Source of the DNA: a virus
Taxonomy: Duplodnaviria > Caudoviricetes
Virus record (IMG/VR): IMGVR_UViG_3300005077_001095
Span: 1-44,834 of that record
Length of the DNA stretch: 44,834 nt
Reading direction: 5' to 3' (one strand)
The notes below the pieces were generated by a model. It was not told the DNA's origin, searched no databases, and was given only the letters and a program-made list of their open reading frames with translations. Numbering within the stretch: the first letter of the stretch is position 1; the number at the start of each line of letters is the position of its first letter. This document shows positions 35,505 to 44,834 of the stretch, piece after piece. The translations under genes were made by a program, and so were the position numbers.

Positions 35505-36575
35505 CTATAGCTCCGAAAGTAAACCTTCTCTGGTAGGCTCTGGTAAACTAGCTAGTACATCTAGACCTTCGGGTCCAGATAATTCTTTCTTGGTGTAATC
35601 ATCAATCCAGTTACTTACATCTTTTTGCAACAAAGAAGCCAACTTGGATTTGGTAATATATTTACCATCTATCTCTAATTCGGCTTCCTTGTATATACCA
35701 CAAGTAGTGCTAATAGGATCTGCAAGCTGTCTAGACCAAAGTCTATCCAAGCCATACTCTCTATCAATTACTTCGAGTACTTTAGCAGTCTTTACTACAC
35801 CCAAATTTGGGTGACGCTCTATAAGTTCATCGTATATATCAGGATCTTGGTCTGGATTCAAGTATGTTTTGCGCATATTAACAAGCTTGTCAAAATTTTC
35901 ATTGAAGCTATCCGTGCTTAATGAAGCAAACTTAGTAATGCTACCCGCTAATTTTATATTTTTATTGCTAGCCTCTCTGCAGGTATTAATGGCAAACATA
36001 AGCTTATCTGGCGCGGTAAAGCTATTTGCGTATTTTTCAAAATATTCAGCAGCCTTTTCTATGTCTTCTTTACTATCAAGAGGATATCTTTTGGATTCTT
36101 GTAAAGCCCACTTAGTAGTTTCTTTTTCTGTTTTATCGTTTAGTTTTTTATAATAAGCGATCTCCGATATTTTTTCTAACTCTACTATATTATTTGTGGG
36201 CTTAAAATCCCCAGCCAGACTGGCTAGCTCTTCTGGAACTACAACTCCTTGATTTAAGGCTGCCCTTTTTAGAAAAAATGCCGCTGTTTTCACTATTTCA
36301 TCTGGAAGAGCACTTGCTTTACTTATTAGGAGCTGAGAGTTTAGTTGTGTAAGGCCCGGATCATAACAGGCAAATTTCTTGATTTTACCTGTCTGTGGAT
36401 GATAAAGTTGAAGAGCAACTTGTTTATCTTCTAATTCTTGCATTTCAATAGATGTTGGGACATGCAAAGAATCAGGATCATAATCTAACTGGAGAGAAGC
36501 AATCTTCTCAATTTGCCCCAAACTAATTTCATCTACGAGATCATACGTAAATGTAGTAAATTTGGCTGTATTCAT
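35505..36575 (-). CDS. putative head-associated/structural protein
   Basis: 356 aa with recurrent K-x-A motifs; late operon. Confidence 0.55.
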   Translation of the reverse strand: MNTAKFTTFTYDLVDEISLGQIEKIASLQLDYDPDSLHVPTSIEMQELEDKQVALQLYHPQTGKIKKFACYDPGLTQLNSQLLISKASALPDEIVKTAAFFLKRAALNQGVVVPEELASLAGDFKPTNNIVELEKISEIAYYKKLNDKTEKETTKWALQESKRYPLDSKEDIEKAAEYFEKYANSFTAPDKLMFAINTCREASNKNIKLAGSITKFASLSTDSFNENFDKLVNMRKTYLNPDQDPDIYDELIERHPNLGVVKTAKVLEVIDREYGLDRLWSRQLADPISTTCGIYKEAELEIDGKYITKSKLASLLQKDVSNWIDDYTKKELSGPEGLDVLASLPEPTREGLLSEL

Positions 36576-36576
36576 T

Positions 36577-37128
36577 TTAATAAGATCTCCACGCTTTTAA
36601 GGTTTTCATAACGGTATCTCCGGGGCAAGCCGCTTTGTTAACAGGATCAGCTTCACAGTGTCCAATAAACTTTTTAACCGTTGGTAATTGTTTTTTTAAT
36701 GTATTTAACAGCTCTTTCAATGAATTGAGTTGTTCTATCGAAGGCTCATCTGCTTGCTTTACACCAGGTCCATTGAAATACCCACATACTAATATCCCAA
36801 GAGCTATTGTATTCTTGCCTTTGCAATGCCAAGTAATGTCTGTTAGTTCATTACATTGATGAACAGTTCCATCCTTGGAAATAGCAAAGTGATAACAAAT
36901 GTGTGGTGCCCCTGTGGGACTAATATGATTCTTTTCCCATCCCTCAATGGTACCATCTTTATCTCTATCTGATGTAGGGGTAATATGATACTTGTTAATG
37001 GGTTCTGGACCAGTAGCTCTAGACGCGGCCTGGTGTACTACAACTGTAGTAATATTTTCTACTTTTCTCTTGGACCACCTTTTTGTAGGATGCCAAGGTA
37101 AAGTTTTTATTGAATTAACAATCTGCAT
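36577..37128 (-). CDS. endolysin, N-acetylmuramoyl-L-alanine amidase (Amidase_2)
   Basis: VVHQ, YHFAI..DG, WHC, GH..ACPG zinc-amidase motifs. Confidence 0.88.
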   Translation of the reverse strand: MQIVNSIKTLPWHPTKRWSKRKVENITTVVVHQAASRATGPEPINKYHITPTSDRDKDGTIEGWEKNHISPTGAPHICYHFAISKDGTVHQCNELTDITWHCKGKNTIALGILVCGYFNGPGVKQADEPSIEQLNSLKELLNTLKKQLPTVKKFIGHCEADPVNKAACPGDTVMKTLKAWRSY

Positions 37129-37162
37129 AAACTATCCTTTAACTATTCAAAGTATAATAAAA

Positions 37163-37411
37163 TTATGGTTCACTGTCAACCGGAATCACTGGATCAGATA
37201 TTTTGGCCTTAATTGCTTCATAAGTATCTCGACCTTTTTTACCTAACTCATATACTAGAACCGTGGCCAAAGTCATATAAAGATTAGGGGGAATATCTAT
37301 TCCTATCCACCAAAATTTAACAATGGATATGAACAATAATAGAACGAAAGTGGTTCTACCAAGGCTTATTGAACCATTTTTGTTCTTAAGTGTTTTTGGT
37401 AAGTACTTCAA
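37163..37411 (-). CDS. putative holin
   Basis: 82 aa, two TM segments, directly upstream of the endolysin. Confidence 0.6.
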   Translation of the reverse strand: MKYLPKTLKNKNGSISLGRTTFVLLLFISIVKFWWIGIDIPPNLYMTLATVLVYELGKKGRDTYEAIKAKISDPVIPVDSEP

Positions 37412-37616
37412 TGCCTTTAGCCTCCGATTTTCTTAGTGCTAAATTATAGCCCAATAGTTCTATTTCTATTGGGTCACCTAGCGGAGCTATTCTTACTACT
37501 TTAACGATCTGTCCAGGAATTACACCCATATCTGCTAATCTGCGGCCAAGAGCCCCGGTATGAGATATACTTTGTATGGTGGCCAACTGGCCTATGGGCA
37601 AACAACAAAGTGCCAC
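37386..37616 (-). CDS. feoA: FeoA-domain protein
   Basis: RRLADMGVIPG..VVRIAPLGDPIEI..LALRKSEA FeoA consensus. Confidence 0.85.
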   Translation of the reverse strand: MALCCLPIGQLATIQSISHTGALGRRLADMGVIPGQIVKVVRIAPLGDPIEIELLGYNLALRKSEAKGIEVLTKNT

Positions 37617-37918
37617 TATATAATGTCGTTTCTAAGAGCTCTGCGATCAGCACCAGGTCTGCGCACTTTTTCGCCAAGAGTCTGCTCTATTTTGTCTAGG
37701 GGCATTTTCCCATCTGACTTCGTCCAAGCTTGTCCCATTAGCTTACGTTGGGTGGGATCTAAACTTTTACGACCCATAATACCCAAGTTATTTAAGCCAC
37801 GACGCTCATTTAGCACGCTACGTTGAACAAAATTTGTAGTTCGATTAACAGCAGGAGCTTTTTTAAATAGATTATCAAAGAGACCTGCGTACTTATGAAA
37901 TCCTAATTCTTGTAACAT
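37616..37918 (-). CDS. hypothetical basic protein
   Basis: Operon packing; N-terminal LGFHKYA. Confidence 0.6.
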   Translation of the reverse strand: MLQELGFHKYAGLFDNLFKKAPAVNRTTNFVQRSVLNERRGLNNLGIMGRKSLDPTQRKLMGQAWTKSDGKMPLDKIEQTLGEKVRRPGADRRALRNDII

Positions 37919-37921
37919 TAT

Positions 37922-38644
37922 TTACTTCCTTTTAAATGGATACCAACTATACTCTAAACCTATTACATCTCCAGTATAATACATTCCTGTCCAATTTCCA
38001 AATCCGACACCAAGGCCTCCACCATCAGACTTTATTTCCCCATCGAAATGTAGTTTAGTGTACCAAGGCGATTTATAGGGCACGACTTTAGATATAACAG
38101 GTTCTAACTTTAGGCCTGGCGAAGTGTCGTGTATTAATGTTCTCCAGGAACCATCGTCGCTCTCGGCTAAAGTAATTTCAAAGCGTAGCTTTTCAATCTC
38201 AGCCTTTGTAAACCTAATGGCCCAAGGCGATTTAGTATCGAAATTTCCAGCAAGATCAATAAGACCGAGCTTTTCTTCAAACTGTCTTATAGTGATGCTG
38301 TCTCCATCAACAACAAATACAGTATCTGTTGTTGCATACTCTTCCATAGAATCCAATTCAGCAGCATAACTTCCGGCGACTTCTGCCCAATATTTAGCTT
38401 TTGAATCGGATTTCTTAAGTACTTTCTTTACGGCGTCATTTTCAGCTTTTATTTTTTTAACTTGCTCAGTAAGTGCTACCACTGTGCTGTCATTCCCAAC
38501 AACAACTATTGATGGCTTAGTTGTTGTCGCTAGTTGGTTTTGTAAATCTATTATGTCGTTTTTATACGAGGCTCTTGATACAAAGTGGAAAAGTGAGCCT
38601 AATACTAATAGGCCTACTAAAATGTAAGTTATATAAGTTTTCAT
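37922..38644 (-). CDS. spanin-like membrane protein
   Basis: N-terminal TM, coiled coil, beta-rich aromatic C-terminus, near lysis genes. Confidence 0.45.
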   Translation of the reverse strand: MKTYITYILVGLLVLGSLFHFVSRASYKNDIIDLQNQLATTTKPSIVVVGNDSTVVALTEQVKKIKAENDAVKKVLKKSDSKAKYWAEVAGSYAAELDSMEEYATTDTVFVVDGDSITIRQFEEKLGLIDLAGNFDTKSPWAIRFTKAEIEKLRFEITLAESDDGSWRTLIHDTSPGLKLEPVISKVVPYKSPWYTKLHFDGEIKSDGGGLGVGFGNWTGMYYTGDVIGLEYSWYPFKRK

Positions 38645-38829
38645 TAAAAATTCATCCCAAAAAATATTGCGTTGTTTTGTTCTGCTGGAGGCTCGGGTGC
38701 TGCTGGCTCATATATAAATCTAATGGCAGGATTAGGTCCCACCCAATATACATAGGTAGGAGTTTCACCATTAGGCTCTGTTACATAAGTAGGTTTTGGC
38801 CCTACCCAATAAAAACCAGAGACAATCAT
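38644..38829 (-). CDS. small tail-associated protein
   Basis: Internal YWVGP repeat; coupled to both neighbours. Confidence 0.55.
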   Translation of the reverse strand: MIVSGFYWVGPKPTYVTEPNGETPTYVYWVGPNPAIRFIYEPAAPEPPAEQNNAIFFGMNF

Positions 38830-40448
38830 ACAAAATCAATCTCCGGTAAAGGGTCTATATAAGTTGCTTGAGCAGCGGTAGAACCATACTTACTATAAAA
38901 TAGTTTGGCTGTAAGATACCCGCTAGCCACTGTTAGCCCACTAATGTATACATACTGTGACCAATCAGAAGTAGAACTTCGTGCACTGATACCACCACTT
39001 GATTTATATATGATGGTGTTAACGGGAGACCAATAGGTTCCTGGACAACTACCAACTTCTAACCAAACGTCATCTAATGTAAGAGCATTGCCACTTGATT
39101 GTACGTAATATCTAATATCTACAGTACCTGATGGCACTATAAATTGGTGCTCTAAAACTTTTCTTCCATGTCTTAAGTCGGAATCTATTCCATCTTCGCT
39201 TCTAAATCCCCAACCTTCTAAAGACCAACGGTAAATTTGGGCCATTAAAAGATAGTCTTGGGAGCCGCCTGGCCTAAACGTTATTCCAGGTACCAAACTA
39301 GAATTTATTTTTCTTACATGTCCAGCTCCGGGCCAAATAGTACGATCATCTCCTACCACTCTATTATAATTCGTTACATTTAGTACTGGGCTTAGATTTG
39401 TTCCTTGATAATAACCTCCATAAGTAGACCCTTCGCTGCCTGCAGTTCCACTAAAACAACAATTTATAAAACTGCTCTTAGCGGCGGATTGCTGTCCATC
39501 AATAGCTCTATATAAATAATAGCCATCTAGTGGGGCTTTGACATTATCTAAAAGTAAAGTACCTCCATAAGGAAACACTGTCCTGCCACCCATGCTTACA
39601 AATACACTATTTAATATTACTAAATCATCTACTGTACATAAAATACCGTTTTGATCTGTATCAACTGCATTTAAACCTTCAAAAACACATCCATCAAACA
39701 CATATCTTCCTCTATAAGCATACCAAAGACTTGCATCGTCCATCTTACATTTATAGAGGCAATTTCGAAAATAACTGTTCTTAACGCCATGATCTTGCAT
39801 TAGATAACTAGATCCAATACAGCCTGTTACTGCAATATTAAATTTATCTAAATAGGAATTAGTAGTTGTCCAATAATAGCTACCATTAAAAAATACAGAG
39901 TAAATATCATTAGTATCCGCATCCCAAGTAGCTTGCAGATCTGCACCTGTAATTCCAGTAGAAAGTAGTGGATATAGATAATCTTGCTCAAATGTAAAGT
40001 TTGTAGCTACTTCAGCGTCTTTATATTCTGGGTCAATCAACATTGTGTTGGAATCTAATACTTTAGCTACTAAGTGTCGGATTCCGTTCGGAGCTATAAT
40101 AAACCGAGCTTCATTTCCCAGCTCTGTAAGATCCGCCGGAGAAATTGATTCTACACGTGCTGAATTTGGAAAAAATCTTCCAACATACCCGGAAGCGGGC
40201 CTTGGCCAGCTTGTTAAAATATTAGGAAAAGCTTCGTCACCATTAAAGTTTCCGGTAAGATTAGAAGATCTAATCTCTTGCTCACCCCTTCTACATATAA
40301 TTGCGGTTGACTTAGTAGAGCCAGCTAAACTTGTAAAGGCATAACCTAAAGTTTTAAAAGGTGTTGACATAGCTCTTCCGTAGCCTGCAGAATCTGTGCC
40401 GTTTGTATAGTCTACGTACACATATCCGGTAATAGTGTAATTAGCCAA
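38826..40448 (-). CDS. tail fibre/spike-like beta-rich protein
   Basis: YVYVD..G.D..G..TPFKTL beta-helix cap-like motif, Gly/Ser/Thr-rich. Confidence 0.6.
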   Translation of the reverse strand: MANYTITGYVYVDYTNGTDSAGYGRAMSTPFKTLGYAFTSLAGSTKSTAIICRRGEQEIRSSNLTGNFNGDEAFPNILTSWPRPASGYVGRFFPNSARVESISPADLTELGNEARFIIAPNGIRHLVAKVLDSNTMLIDPEYKDAEVATNFTFEQDYLYPLLSTGITGADLQATWDADTNDIYSVFFNGSYYWTTTNSYLDKFNIAVTGCIGSSYLMQDHGVKNSYFRNCLYKCKMDDASLWYAYRGRYVFDGCVFEGLNAVDTDQNGILCTVDDLVILNSVFVSMGGRTVFPYGGTLLLDNVKAPLDGYYLYRAIDGQQSAAKSSFINCCFSGTAGSEGSTYGGYYQGTNLSPVLNVTNYNRVVGDDRTIWPGAGHVRKINSSLVPGITFRPGGSQDYLLMAQIYRWSLEGWGFRSEDGIDSDLRHGRKVLEHQFIVPSGTVDIRYYVQSSGNALTLDDVWLEVGSCPGTYWSPVNTIIYKSSGGISARSSTSDWSQYVYISGLTVASGYLTAKLFYSKYGSTAAQATYIDPLPEIDFV

Positions 40449-43209
40449 AATTCAAACTCCCCATTCCATAATAATCCGTGCCATCAAAAAGAAAACTAAT
40501 TATGTCTGTAGCTCCTGATACAGTTGATAGAGTAGGCGCAGTTGAGTTTGCCCATTTGATAGTAGGCCAACTAGCTATAGTAGCACTGGCACTACCCTGA
40601 ACCACTATTAACAATACGTTACATGCTCCAGGAGGATCCGAAAATGTGATAATATTAGCTCCGTTTATAGTTAACTTCTGTTTATGTCCACTTGTCCAGT
40701 CTATGTTTTGTGTTGTATTAGTAATGCTACCTAAGTCTTTTAAGGTGAAATAAATATTTTGATCACTCATATTTATGTCACCGGTCATGGTCCCACCAGC
40801 TAATGGAAGTCTTAGTGCATCAGCAGTGTCTACGTAGGTTTTAGTAGTGAGTCCACTTACTCCAACTGGCGTTACACCACTAACTTCTGCAGTAAACTTA
40901 CGAGAAGCATTGGTCCGCATGTACATAGTGTGGTCGTCGCTAGAAAGGCCGGCTAATTGATGATGGTCAATATAAGGAGAAAAATTTACTATTTCAGATA
41001 AATCAAATACAGTATAGTCTAAATATCCGTCAGCGTCGAGTAATAGTGGCCTGTTTTCATTTCCAAATCCCCCCTTATAAGTAAAAGACTTAGTCGTATA
41101 GAACTCACTTGTAGCCCAACTTTGTACAGCCGATATTTGAGAGTCTATATAACCCTTTGTGGACAAATGGGCTGGGTTAATTGGAGTAATACCGCTTACT
41201 ACACCTGTAAAGCCACGTGTTCCATCTACTAAAATATATTGTGTATGGTCGTCTAAAGTTAGATTTGCTAAATCACCATGAGATACTTCAGACCATGTTA
41301 TAAATTTTTTGTCTATATATCCTGAAGTGTTTGTTTTTATTGGATCGAAACCGGTGCCATCCCAGGTGTCTATGAATTCAGACTTCTCGTAAAATGCACC
41401 GTCAACCCAACCAGAGAGAGTACTAAGACCTCCGTCTACATAATCTTTTCGAGTCACATGATAAGGCTGTAATGGAGTAAGGCCTGAAATATATGCAGGA
41501 AAACGGGCTAATCCAGTGTCTCTATTCATTGTGAATCTAAGATCTGGCTCCTGCTCGCTGTAATAACTCCAAAGCTCTAAATTATTATTAGATCCGTTAT
41601 AAACCCACCTAAAACCATAATTTCCTGCAGCACCAAACTCTCCTGTTGTGCCTTTCATTAAATCTAGAGCACCCGCTACAGGAGAAGTTAAGGAGGTACT
41701 ATAAGCTCTTATAACTCCGCTAGTTTCAACACCTACGGTTAGACCAGATGTTATTATTTTTCGTGTAGTCGTCAGCTCTCCTGTGTCTCTATGCATATAG
41801 AGCCAACGATTAGTAGTGGTATTGGCTGAAGACCACAATTCAAATAAATTAGAAGATGGGTTGTAATCTAATCTAAAACCATATCCCCCGTAACCAAAAT
41901 CTGTGCCATTCTCAAACAGATCTAAAGATACAGGAACATTTAGATCAGATACAGGTGGATAAATTCTTATATAGCCACTTGGGGCAACTACTGTTAAGCC
42001 GGATGCTCGAATTCTGCCTGTGATTATTGGGGATGAGTCCAGTAAGACATATTGAGAGTGTGTGTGGCCAGAAGAAGCAAATCCTGAGATTAGGCTACCG
42101 TCTACATATCCATCTCCATTCATAAGTAATGGTGCGTTCTTTGCTAGTTCTCTATTTGTGCCACTCGAAACAAACTCAGATTTTAAATAAAACGCGTCAT
42201 CAGCCCAGCCAGATAGTGTAGTAAAACGCCCATCTACATAAATTTTTGTTGTAAGTCCACTGACCCCTATGGGCGTTACACCAGATACTTCTGCAGTGAA
42301 TTTTCTAGACCCATTTACTAAAGAGTACTGCATATGGGGATCAGAATTACTTGTATGATCCTGTACCCAATCTTCTGCTGCCGTTTGTGCATAGTCTGCG
42401 GTAGCTAAGTGATATAACTGTGTTGGGTATCTACCGGATACAGGAGCCAAAAAGCCTCTTGTGCCACTTACAGTAACGTACTGTGGGTGATCATCATGAC
42501 TCATGCCATTATAATGCCATGAGTATTGATAGTCTGAAACCAGGGGATCATATCCATAATCGTATGCGGCGTCTATAGCAGCTTGGAATGTAGCTAAGTG
42601 ATAAGTTTGTGTTGGATAACGTCCAGAAACCGCCGCAGTAAATCCACGAGTACCGTGGGTTAAAACTAAATTAGGCTCTAATAAAGAATTATGCACCCAC
42701 CCAGAGTAGTTGGTTTTTACTGGAACATCTTGTGTTGGTTCTCCCCCAGCACTTGACATAAATTCGCTTCTCTCGTAGTAATTAGCCTGTACCCAAGAAT
42801 TAATCGCCCCACTATAAGCTATATCACTACTATCTACATATCCTTTAGTGGCTAAATGGCCAGATATAGTAGGATCTACACCGCTTACAGCTGCGCTAAA
42901 TCCTCTAGAGCCGTCAACTAAAACATACTGTGGGTGGTCGTCATCCCCAAGCCCAGTTAATGCCCCGTGATCTGAGGCTCCACCACTGGATATTACTGGA
43001 TACCACTCAGATTCTGCTGGTGTCTCCCCAAGTTTGTTTAAATAATACAAAGCTCCCGATGCTTGATGGTAAATTAGAAGACCTTCATAAGCTCTTCCAT
43101 TTGTTATAAGAGCATCTCTGGCAGTATCGTCTAATACTAAGTAGCGATCGCCATCTACTGGGTTGTCGTTTGAAATTCTTACACTAAAAGGTAAATTAAA
43201 ATATGCCAT
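40441..43209 (-). CDS. tail fibre protein with internal repeats
   Basis: About seven variably complete H..L..DDH.QY...G.R.F...VSG..P....HL.TK.YVD units; C-terminal W.N..APTLS...DIISF domain. Confidence 0.75.
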   Translation of the reverse strand: MAYFNLPFSVRISNDNPVDGDRYLVLDDTARDALITNGRAYEGLLIYHQASGALYYLNKLGETPAESEWYPVISSGGASDHGALTGLGDDDHPQYVLVDGSRGFSAAVSGVDPTISGHLATKGYVDSSDIAYSGAINSWVQANYYERSEFMSSAGGEPTQDVPVKTNYSGWVHNSLLEPNLVLTHGTRGFTAAVSGRYPTQTYHLATFQAAIDAAYDYGYDPLVSDYQYSWHYNGMSHDDHPQYVTVSGTRGFLAPVSGRYPTQLYHLATADYAQTAAEDWVQDHTSNSDPHMQYSLVNGSRKFTAEVSGVTPIGVSGLTTKIYVDGRFTTLSGWADDAFYLKSEFVSSGTNRELAKNAPLLMNGDGYVDGSLISGFASSGHTHSQYVLLDSSPIITGRIRASGLTVVAPSGYIRIYPPVSDLNVPVSLDLFENGTDFGYGGYGFRLDYNPSSNLFELWSSANTTTNRWLYMHRDTGELTTTRKIITSGLTVGVETSGVIRAYSTSLTSPVAGALDLMKGTTGEFGAAGNYGFRWVYNGSNNNLELWSYYSEQEPDLRFTMNRDTGLARFPAYISGLTPLQPYHVTRKDYVDGGLSTLSGWVDGAFYEKSEFIDTWDGTGFDPIKTNTSGYIDKKFITWSEVSHGDLANLTLDDHTQYILVDGTRGFTGVVSGITPINPAHLSTKGYIDSQISAVQSWATSEFYTTKSFTYKGGFGNENRPLLLDADGYLDYTVFDLSEIVNFSPYIDHHQLAGLSSDDHTMYMRTNASRKFTAEVSGVTPVGVSGLTTKTYVDTADALRLPLAGGTMTGDINMSDQNIYFTLKDLGSITNTTQNIDWTSGHKQKLTINGANIITFSDPPGACNVLLIVVQGSASATIASWPTIKWANSTAPTLSTVSGATDIISFLFDGTDYYGMGSLNFG

Positions 43210-44834
43210 TATGCTATTACCACATGATATGTTGCTGTTGAAGGATAGCCAACTGCTCCAATATAACTGTAATATCCTTCATAGTTTCTTGCTGTTCCAC
43301 CAGCGTCATTTACGGTAAATCCTATTTTAGTAAAAGATCCAGTAACATCGGCGTCTGAACTTTCTACATAAGTGATGGTTGCAGTTTTACCAGAATAAGT
43401 ATAAAAGTAAACTTCTGGTGTAGTAGCAGGTATACTAATATTAAAAGTTGCAGTATTTGAGCTACTTAAGAACCCACTATTTGCTAGAGCTCTTACTCCT
43501 GCGGAATTTGTTGGATGAGATCCAAAGGCCCCCATACCATACCAATATCTATAATATCCATTCAAAGTTGTAAAGTTGGCTAACACACTACTAGCTACAC
43601 GGCTTGCATCTAAGTTACTTCCAATATTGCCTTTGTTATCATAATAATTTCCACTACCAACAGCATAATATGCACGAACATCCCATGTATTAGATCCAGC
43701 TACTAAAGTATATGCTGGAGCAGTTATACCCTTAACCCATTGCCCCCCTACTAACGAAGGCACTTCATAACTTATAGTAGCATCTACCGGATTTCTAAAT
43801 AACATTCCACTACAATGCCCAACTAATCCAGGACCATTACTTCCATCTCCGTTTTGAATTACCCCAGAATTAAATGTACCCGTAAGGCTTGGTTCTAAAG
43901 AAGTACCTACCTCATAATTTGTAGTTCCTACGAAGATAGATGCACTAAGAGATCTATTTGTACCTATAGAGGCAAGTACGGTTGGAAATAATAGATTATC
44001 AAATAGTGAAATAAAGCTATCTCCTAATAAATCAGAAACTGTAGTTCCGGCAGGTATTCCCCCTACATCCTCCGGCATTTCTAGAGAAGGTGAGAGCAGT
44101 GTATTATATACTCCGCTGGAGACTTTGGTATCTACATAGTCTTTTCTAACTAAATGATAGGACTGCGTAGCGGTTTCTCCGGAAACTGCTGCAGTAAACC
44201 CACGACTTGCATTCACTGGTACATATTGTTCGTGGTCATCTTCGTCCAACCCGGTTAATTCTGAGTGTTTAGAAGCGCCCGCTGCACCAGAAACATTGGC
44301 CCAATAGGCAGAACCATCGGCTCGGACTCTTAAAAAATAACCTTCAGTAACTCCGGAATTATAAACTAATCCTGAAGCTTGAGATACCTGGAAAAATAAT
44401 GTTTCATCTTCATTCCAAAAACCTAAGGTAGGGTTAGTTCCTGCACTTTCTGGGTCGTCGTTAGCGTAGATACGAAGTCTAGGAAAGGTATTTCCCGTAT
44501 CAAATACACCTTTAGCAGGCAGAGTAGCCTTTATATGTGGTGCAACTAGGTCCTGTGATGGTACTCCACCCACAGTTCTAATAAATCTTATATTATCGGC
44601 ACGGCCTTTATACTGATAAGCCTCTTGACCATCCCAACAAAATAGATTCATTGGCGCAGTAGGACTAGTAATACTATACGCGGCACCACTAGTTCCCACC
44701 AAAAATCCATCCAAGTAAACAGATGCTACCCATTGTGAAGTATTAGACGCATCAATATTTATAAGTAAATGCTTTGCCTTGCCCTGTTCCCAAGCATATC
44801 CTGGCTTAGATGGTGGTAGCGCAAAATTTACGGC
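43209..44834 (-). CDS. tail fibre/structural protein, partial (open to the window edge)
   Basis: Frame has no stop from 44834; carries the same DDH.QY repeat unit. Confidence 0.7.
   Translation of the reverse strand, partial: AVNFALPPSKPGYAWEQGKAKHLLINIDASNTSQWVASVYLDGFLVGTSGAAYSITSPTAPMNLFCWDGQEAYQYKGRADNIRFIRTVGGVPSQDLVAPHIKATLPAKGVFDTGNTFPRLRIYANDDPESAGTNPTLGFWNEDETLFFQVSQASGLVYNSGVTEGYFLRVRADGSAYWANVSGAAGASKHSELTGLDEDDHEQYVPVNASRGFTAAVSGETATQSYHLVRKDYVDTKVSSGVYNTLLSPSLEMPEDVGGIPAGTTVSDLLGDSFISLFDNLLFPTVLASIGTNRSLSASIFVGTTNYEVGTSLEPSLTGTFNSGVIQNGDGSNGPGLVGHCSGMLFRNPVDATISYEVPSLVGGQWVKGITAPAYTLVAGSNTWDVRAYYAVGSGNYYDNKGNIGSNLDASRVASSVLANFTTLNGYYRYWYGMGAFGSHPTNSAGVRALANSGFLSSSNTATFNISIPATTPEVYFYTYSGKTATITYVESSDADVTGSFTKIGFTVNDAGGTARNYEGYYSYIGAVGYPSTATYHVVIA

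Noticed and set aside
1-44834. Stop-codon reassignment or CRISPR array
   Set aside because: Genes are full length and tightly packed in the standard code, all three stops are used, no suppressor tRNA was found, and no regularly spaced direct repeats were seen.

Overview
This window is a segment of a large tailed-phage genome. The left, mostly + strand part carries tRNAs, a ClpC/ClpA-like ATPase and ClpP, RNase H, an RNA ligase, a NadM-Nudix plus NAMPT NAD salvage pair and many small ORFs. A 2044-aa single-polypeptide beta-beta' RNA polymerase lies on the - strand. It is followed by a RavA/ViaA-type AAA+/VWA pair, a retron-type reverse transcriptase and a GT4 glycosyltransferase. A - strand late module follows with portal-like, head-associated, lysis and tail-fibre genes. 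The main finding is the ~580-nt non-coding region directly upstream of the retron RT. It is closed by a1/a2-like inverted repeats, and its putative msd template is a natural polylinker: 24 different perfect 6-bp palindromes (all classic type II restriction sites, none repeated) in ~240 bp, then a block of AT-rich palindromes. My inference is that this phage retron makes DNA that decoys or senses restriction-modification enzymes. Other notable signals are a ~540-nt nested-stem ncRNA candidate, a six-copy GGTATAAGA promoter motif, atypical tRNA-like elements and a single-repeat mitochondrial-carrier-like protein. All calls were made by eye, with no database searches or folding runs.
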